A DNA stretch of 11,611 nt from a virus (taxonomy: Duplodnaviria; Heunggongvirae; Uroviricota; Caudoviricetes). Position numbers and translations under genes: made by a program. Shown one piece after another: positions 6,863 through 11,611 of the stretch. Each line of letters starts with the position of its first letter. Within the stretch, counting starts at the first letter, position 1. The stretch is from the IMG/VR virus record IMGVR_UViG_2534681831_000033, positions 1 through 11,611 of that record. One strand, given 5' to 3'. The notes under the pieces are model-generated. The model was not told the DNA's origin and ran no database searches. It worked only from the letters and a program-made list of their open reading frames with translations.

Positions 6863-7031
6863 AAAGTGAATTTTGTGATGCGGTGAATGCGGCTAAGCGC
6901 ACGCGGAACAGTTAAAACCAAAAACAGTGTTATGGGTGGATTCTCTGTATCCGGCGTTAATTGTTAACTGGTTAACGTCACCTGGAGGCACCAGGCACTG
7001 CATCACAAAATTCATTGTTGAGGACGCGATA

Positions 7032-7220
7032 ATGAAAACGTTATTACCAAACGTTAATACGTCTGAAGGTTGTTTTGAAATTGGTGTCACTATCAGTAAC
7101 CCTGTATTTACTGAAGATGCCATTAACAAGAGAAAACAAGAACGGGAGCTATTAAATAAAATATGCATTGTTTCAATGCTGGCTCGTTTACGTCTGATGC
7201 CAAAAGGATGTGCACAATGA
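7032..7220 (+). CDS. dicB: DicB cell-division inhibitor (62 aa)
   Basis: ATG at 7032 preceded by GAGGA. MKTLLPNVNTSEGCFEIGVTISNPVFTEDAINKRKQERELLNKICIVSMLARLRLMPKGCAQ matches my memory of DicB. The track ORF 6927..7220 has an extended N-terminus. Confidence 0.85.
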   Translation: MKTLLPNVNTSEGCFEIGVTISNPVFTEDAINKRKQERELLNKICIVSMLARLRLMPKGCAQ

Positions 7221-7408
7221 ATTCAGCATTTGCGCTTGTTCTGACAGTTTTTCTTGTTTCCGGAGAGCCAGTTGATATTGCAGTCAGTGTTCACAGGACA
7301 ATGCAGGAGTGTATGACTGCAGCAACCGAACAGAAAATTCCCGGTAACTGTTACCCGGTCGATAAAGTTATTCACCAGGATAATATCGAAATCCCGGCAG
7401 GTCTTTAA
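7217..7408 (+). CDS. ydfD: YdfD-like small membrane/lysis protein (63 aa)
   Basis: ATG at 7217 overlaps the dicB stop (ATGA). MNSAFALVLTVFLVSGEPVDIAVSV... has a hydrophobic N-terminus. Synteny dicB-ydfD. Confidence 0.75.
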   Translation: MNSAFALVLTVFLVSGEPVDIAVSVHRTMQECMTAATEQKIPGNCYPVDKVIHQDNIEIPAGL

Positions 7409-7501
7409 AACAGTTCCGTAATAAATATCCGGTTTCATTCTTATATGCCAGCAATGGCAGGGATTTGTTCATCCTTAAATCTGTCATGAGGTTAAAACAA
7501 A

Positions 7502-9484
7502 ATGAGTAAAGTCTTTATTTGCGCCGCTATTCCTGACGAACTGGCAACAAGGGAAGAAGGCGCTGTGGCTGTAGCCACAGCCATTGAAGCTGGCGACGAA
7601 CGCCGTGCTCGAGCAAAATTTCACTGGCAGTTCCTGGAACATTATCCGGCTGCTCAGGACTGCGCTTATAAATTTATTGTCTGCGAGGATAAACCTGGCA
7701 TACCCCGCCCTGCCCTCGATTCATGGGATGCTGAATATATGCAGGAAAACCGCTGGGATGAGGAATCCGCTTCCTTTATTCCGGTCGAACCAGAATCCGA
7801 TCCGATGAACGTCAATTTTGACAAGCTGTCCCTTGAAGTACAGAACGCGGTCCTGGTTAAGTTCGGTACATGTGAAAACATCACCGTTGATATGGCGATT
7901 GACGCGCAGGAATTACTGCAGGAAGACGTTGCTACCTTTGACGGGCATATCGTTGAAGCACTGATGAAAACGCCTGAAATTAACGCTATGTATCCGGAAC
8001 GCAAACTGTTCGCTATCGGATGGGTTAAACACAAATGTAATCCGGGTGCCAAATGGCCCGAAATTCAGGCTGAATTACGTAACTGGAAAAAACGGCAGGA
8101 CGCAGAGCGCAAAGAGACTGGAAAATACACGTCTGTTGTTGATCTCGCCAGCGCCAGAGTCAATCAACAGCACACTGAAAACTCAGCAGGAAAAATCAAC
8201 CCAGTCACTGCCGCCATTTGTCGCGAATACAAGCAGACATGGAAAACGCTGGATGAAGAACTGGCCTACGCTCTCTGGCCTGGTGATGTGGATGCCGGAA
8301 ACATTGACGGCAGCATCCATCGCTGGGCAAAAAATGAAGTTATCGACAACGACCGCGAAGACTGGAAGCGTATCTCGGCATCAATGCGCAAACAGCCTGA
8401 TGCCCTTCGCTACGACCGCCAGACTATTTTTGGCCTTGTCCGTGAACGTCCGATCGACATTCACAAAGACCCTGTGGCACTGAACAAATACATTACTGAA
8501 TACCTGACTACAAAGGGCGTGTTTGAGAATGAAGAAACAGACCTGGGCACTGTTGATGTTCTCCAGTCATCAGAAACACAAACTGATGCAGTGGAAACTG
8601 AGGTATCTGATATCCCAAAAAATGAAACCGCGCCGGAAGCTGAACCATCTGTAGAGCGTGAGGGGCCGTTCTATTTCCTCTTCGCAGATAAGGACGGAGA
8701 AAAATACGGTCGCGCAAACAAACTTTCTGGTCTGGATAAGGCACTGGCTGCTGGCGCCACTGAAATCACAAAAGAAGAATATTTTGCCCGAAAAAATGGC
8801 ACATACACGGGCTTACCGCAAAATGTAGATACCGCTGAAGATTCAGAACAACCAGAGCCGATAAAAGTTACCGCTGACGAAGTAAACAAAATTATGCAGG
8901 CAGCCAATATCAGCCAGCCTGACGCCGATAAGTTGCTTGCTGCATCACGTGGTGAATTTGTTGAAGGGATTAGTGACCCGAATGATCCGAAATGGGTAAA
9001 GGGGATTGAAACCCGCGATTCTGTAAACCAGAACCAGCAAGAATCGGAACAGAACGACCAGAAAGCGGAACAAAACAGCCCAAATACGCAACAAAACGAG
9101 CCAGAAACGAAACAACCTGAGCCAGTAGCGCAACAGGAACCGGAAAAAGTCTGCACCGCCTGCGGTCAGACCGGCGGCGGCAACTGCCCTGATTGTGGCG
9201 CGGTGATGGGCGACGCAACATATCAAGAAACATTCGATGAAGAATATCAGGTTGAAGTTCAGGAAGATGATCCGGAGGAAATGGAAGGCGCTGAACATCC
9301 ACACAAGGAGAACACTGGCGGCAATCAGCATCACAATAGCGATAATGAAACTGGCGAGACGGCAGATCACTCAATTAAGGTGAACGGTCATCAAGAAATC
9401 ACATCCACCAGCAGGACGTGTGACCATCTAATGATCGACCTTGAAACCATGGGAAAAATCCTGATGCCCCGATCATCTCAATAG
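7502..9484 (+). CDS. Large acidic protein (660 aa) in the ydfE/RecE-N-terminal-like position, with a C-x2-C-x7-C-x2-C zinc-ribbon motif; its C-terminus carries the Exo I motif (MIDLETMG) of a DEDDh exonuclease domain and then terminates after a frame change
   Basis: ATG at 7502 preceded by GAGG. Long ORF with acidic and Q/N-rich low-complexity segments. The last 25 residues begin a DnaQ-like exonuclease domain that continues in the -1 frame in ORF 9517..9972. Confidence 0.7.
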   Translation: MSKVFICAAIPDELATREEGAVAVATAIEAGDERRARAKFHWQFLEHYPAAQDCAYKFIVCEDKPGIPRPALDSWDAEYMQENRWDEESASFIPVEPESDPMNVNFDKLSLEVQNAVLVKFGTCENITVDMAIDAQELLQEDVATFDGHIVEALMKTPEINAMYPERKLFAIGWVKHKCNPGAKWPEIQAELRNWKKRQDAERKETGKYTSVVDLASARVNQQHTENSAGKINPVTAAICREYKQTWKTLDEELAYALWPGDVDAGNIDGSIHRWAKNEVIDNDREDWKRISASMRKQPDALRYDRQTIFGLVRERPIDIHKDPVALNKYITEYLTTKGVFENEETDLGTVDVLQSSETQTDAVETEVSDIPKNETAPEAEPSVEREGPFYFLFADKDGEKYGRANKLSGLDKALAAGATEITKEEYFARKNGTYTGLPQNVDTAEDSEQPEPIKVTADEVNKIMQAANISQPDADKLLAASRGEFVEGISDPNDPKWVKGIETRDSVNQNQQESEQNDQKAEQNSPNTQQNEPETKQPEPVAQQEPEKVCTACGQTGGGNCPDCGAVMGDATYQETFDEEYQVEVQEDDPEEMEGAEHPHKENTGGNQHHNSDNETGETADHSIKVNGHQEITSTSRTCDHLMIDLETMGKILMPRSSQ

Positions 9485-9516
9485 GTGCAATATTTTTCGA
9501 TCCGCAAACCGGAGAT

Positions 9517-9972
9517 ATGGGACCGGAATTTAGTAAGACTATCGATCTGGAAACTGCTGGCGGAGTCATTGATCGGAACACCATTAAATGGTGGCTTAAG
9601 CAATCACGCGAAGCGCAATCTGCCATTATGACCGATGAAATCCCGTTAGATGATGCACTGTTACAATTGCGGGAATTTATCGACGAAAACTCCGGTGAAT
9701 TTTTTGTTCAGGTTTGGGGAAATGGAGCCAACTTCGACAACACGATTTTGCGCCGTTCATACGAACGGCAGGGGATCCCCTGCCCGTGGCGTTACTACAA
9801 CGATCGCGATGTACGCACAATCGTTGAGCTGGGGAAAGCCATAGACTTCGATGCCAGAACGGCTATTCCATTCGAAGGTGAGCGCCATAATGCACTTGAT
9901 GACGCCCGTTACCAGGCAAAATACGTTTCAGTTATCTGGCAAAAACTGATCCCGAGTCAGGCTGATTCTTAA
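9517..9972 (+). CDS. DEDDh (DnaQ-like) 3'-5' exonuclease domain fragment with Exo II and Exo III motifs; out-of-frame continuation of the preceding gene
   Basis: Motifs WGNGANFDNTIL and HNALDDARY. The -1 frame is open from 9455 (KNPDAPIISIGAIFFDPQTGD-MGPEF...), joining to ...MIDLETMG. GGAGAT precedes the ATG at 9517. Confidence 0.55.
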   Translation: MGPEFSKTIDLETAGGVIDRNTIKWWLKQSREAQSAIMTDEIPLDDALLQLREFIDENSGEFFVQVWGNGANFDNTILRRSYERQGIPCPWRYYNDRDVRTIVELGKAIDFDARTAIPFEGERHNALDDARYQAKYVSVIWQKLIPSQADS

Positions 9973-9983
9973 TGTTCAACTGT

Positions 9984-10018
9984 CGCCGGTTGTGACTGGT
10001 ATTCTGCAACCGGCGCTC
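9984..10018 (+). promoter_or_regulatory. Perfect 9-bp inverted repeat (CGCCGGTTG / CAACCGGCG) with a 17-nt loop between the exonuclease gene and xis
   Basis: Seen directly in the sequence. No following U-tract, so more likely a protein-binding site or RNA structure than an intrinsic terminator. Confidence 0.3.
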
Positions 10019-10044
10019 GTCTGATGTAAGAGATAAAGAAATCG

Positions 10045-10296
10045 ATGAGCGAAGTAATCATGATTGTCTCTCCCGGCAAATGGGTATCCGAAGAGCAGTT
10101 AATTGCGCTGAAAGGAATAAAAAAAGGTACGTTAAAAAAGGCCCGGGAAAAATCGTTTATGGAAGGAAGGGAATATAAGCATGTCGCTCATGACGGTATG
10201 CCATGGGATAACAGTCCATGCTTTTACAACCTGGAAGAAATTGATCGCTGGATTGAGCGCCAGGCATCAGCGAGACCAAGACGTCATCTTACTTGA
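10045..10296 (+). CDS. Phage excisionase-like protein (83 aa) immediately upstream of the integrase
   Basis: Small basic ORF (MSEVIMIVSPGKWVSEEQLIALKGIKKGTLKKAR...) in the canonical xis-int arrangement. Start uncertain; ATG at 10060 is an alternative. Confidence 0.65.
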   Translation: MSEVIMIVSPGKWVSEEQLIALKGIKKGTLKKAREKSFMEGREYKHVAHDGMPWDNSPCFYNLEEIDRWIERQASARPRRHLT

Positions 10297-10330
10297 CTAA
10301 AAGCCACACTAACTAATGAGAGAAGTTGAA

Positions 10331-11611
10331 ATGAAATATCCGACAGGCGTGGAAAACCATGGAGGGAAATTACGTATCTGGTTTGTTTATAAAGGCGTAA
10401 GAGTCAGGGAAAATCTGGGGGTTCCTGACACAGCAAAAAACAGGCGCGTTGCAGGTGAACTACGCTCCTCTGTTTGTTACGCAATAAAAACTGGTGTTTT
10501 CGACTATGCAAAACAGTTTCCCTCCTCACGCAATCTGGAAAAATTTGGTGAGGCCCGACAAGATTTAACCATAAAAGAACTGGCTGAAAAATTTCTGGCA
10601 CTGAAAGAAAATGAAGTCGCCAAAACATCACTCAACACATACCGTGCCGTCATCAAAAATATCCTGAGCATAATCGGTGAAAAAAATCTTGCCTCATCGA
10701 TTAATAAAGAAAAATTACTGGAGGTTCGTAAAGAGCTACTGACTGGATACCAGATCCCCAAAAGTAACTATATTGTTACACAACCAGGGAGATCGGCTGT
10801 AACTGTAAATAATTACATGACAAATCTTAACGCCGTGTTCCAGTTTGGTGTTGATAACGGTTACCTGGCAGATAATCCGTTTAAGGGGATCTCGCCATTA
10901 AAGGAATCAAGAACCATTCCGGATCCTCTTTCGCGGGAGGAATTTATCCGTCTTATCGATGCGTGCAGAAATCAGCAAGCAAAAAATTTATGGTGTGTTT
11001 CTGTTTATACTGGCGTTCGCCCTGGTGAGCTGTGTGCACTTGGATGGGAGGACATAGATCTGAAAAATGGAACAATGATGATCAGGAGAAATTTAGCAAA
11101 AGACCGTTTCACGGTACCAAAAACACAGGCGGGAACCAATCGGGTCATTCATCTTATTAAGCCAGCAATCGACGCTCTCCGGAGTCAGATGACATTAACG
11201 AGACTGAGTAAAGAGCATATCATTGATGTTCACCTCAAAGAGTATGGCAGAACAGAAAAACAAAAATGCACCTTTGTTTTTCAACCTGAAGTGTCAGCGA
11301 GAGTAAAAAATTATGGTGACCATTTTACCGTTGACTCAATAAGGCAGATGTGGGACGCAGCGATAAAACGTGCCGGACTCCGCCATCGAAAATCATATCA
11401 GTCGAGACATACTTATGCCTGCTGGTCGCTGACAGCTGGTGCTAACCCGGCATTTATAGCAAACCAGATGGGCCATGCAGATGCGCAAATGGTATTTCAG
11501 GTATACGGAAAATGGATGTCTGAAAACAATAATGCACAGGTAGCTTTGTTAAATACACAGTTAAGCGAGTTTGCCCCAACCATGCCCCATAACGAAGCAA
11601 TAAAAAATTAA
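10331..11611 (+). CDS. Phage tyrosine integrase (lambda-type site-specific recombinase); stop codon at the last bases of the window
   Basis: Track ORF 10316..11611. The ATG at 10331 (MKYPTGVENHGGKLRIWF...) is preceded by GAGAGAAG. C-terminal catalytic region has R...H-x-x-R...Y-type residues (RHTYACWSLTAG, GHADAQMVFQVYGKW). Confidence 0.85.
   Translation: MKYPTGVENHGGKLRIWFVYKGVRVRENLGVPDTAKNRRVAGELRSSVCYAIKTGVFDYAKQFPSSRNLEKFGEARQDLTIKELAEKFLALKENEVAKTSLNTYRAVIKNILSIIGEKNLASSINKEKLLEVRKELLTGYQIPKSNYIVTQPGRSAVTVNNYMTNLNAVFQFGVDNGYLADNPFKGISPLKESRTIPDPLSREEFIRLIDACRNQQAKNLWCVSVYTGVRPGELCALGWEDIDLKNGTMMIRRNLAKDRFTVPKTQAGTNRVIHLIKPAIDALRSQMTLTRLSKEHIIDVHLKEYGRTEKQKCTFVFQPEVSARVKNYGDHFTVDSIRQMWDAAIKRAGLRHRKSYQSRHTYACWSLTAGANPAFIANQMGHADAQMVFQVYGKWMSENNNAQVALLNTQLSEFAPTMPHNEAIKN

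Noticed and set aside
7584-9626. Multiple ORFs nested in or antisense to the large 660-aa gene (for example 7666..8052, 8671..9156, 8945..9370, 9399..9626)
   Set aside because: All overlap the long, well-supported + strand ORF and have low-complexity or Cys/Phe-rich translations typical of shadow ORFs.

Overview
This window reads as a defective, mosaic lambdoid prophage segment of an enterobacterial (E. coli/Shigella-type) genome; all identifications are from reading the sequence and from memory of protein families, with no database search run. The + strand arm carries a DicA-family repressor, a ydfA-like ORF, a 121-aa ORF, the DicF sRNA, dicB, ydfD, a large acidic protein whose C-terminal DEDDh 3'-5' exonuclease domain is split by a frameshift, an excisionase and a tyrosine integrase that ends at the window edge. 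The - strand arm carries a Cro-like DicC/YdaS-family gene, a YdaT-family gene split by a 1310-bp IS629-type (IS3-family) insertion with a TAT target duplication, an O-like replication initiator containing ori-type iterons, a small ORF, a possible Q-like protein and a decayed TerB-like pseudogene. No lysis or structural genes are present. The points most worth follow-up are the split exonuclease gene, which carries a -1 slippery-type heptamer, and an uncharacterised convergent gene pair inside the dicB operon.
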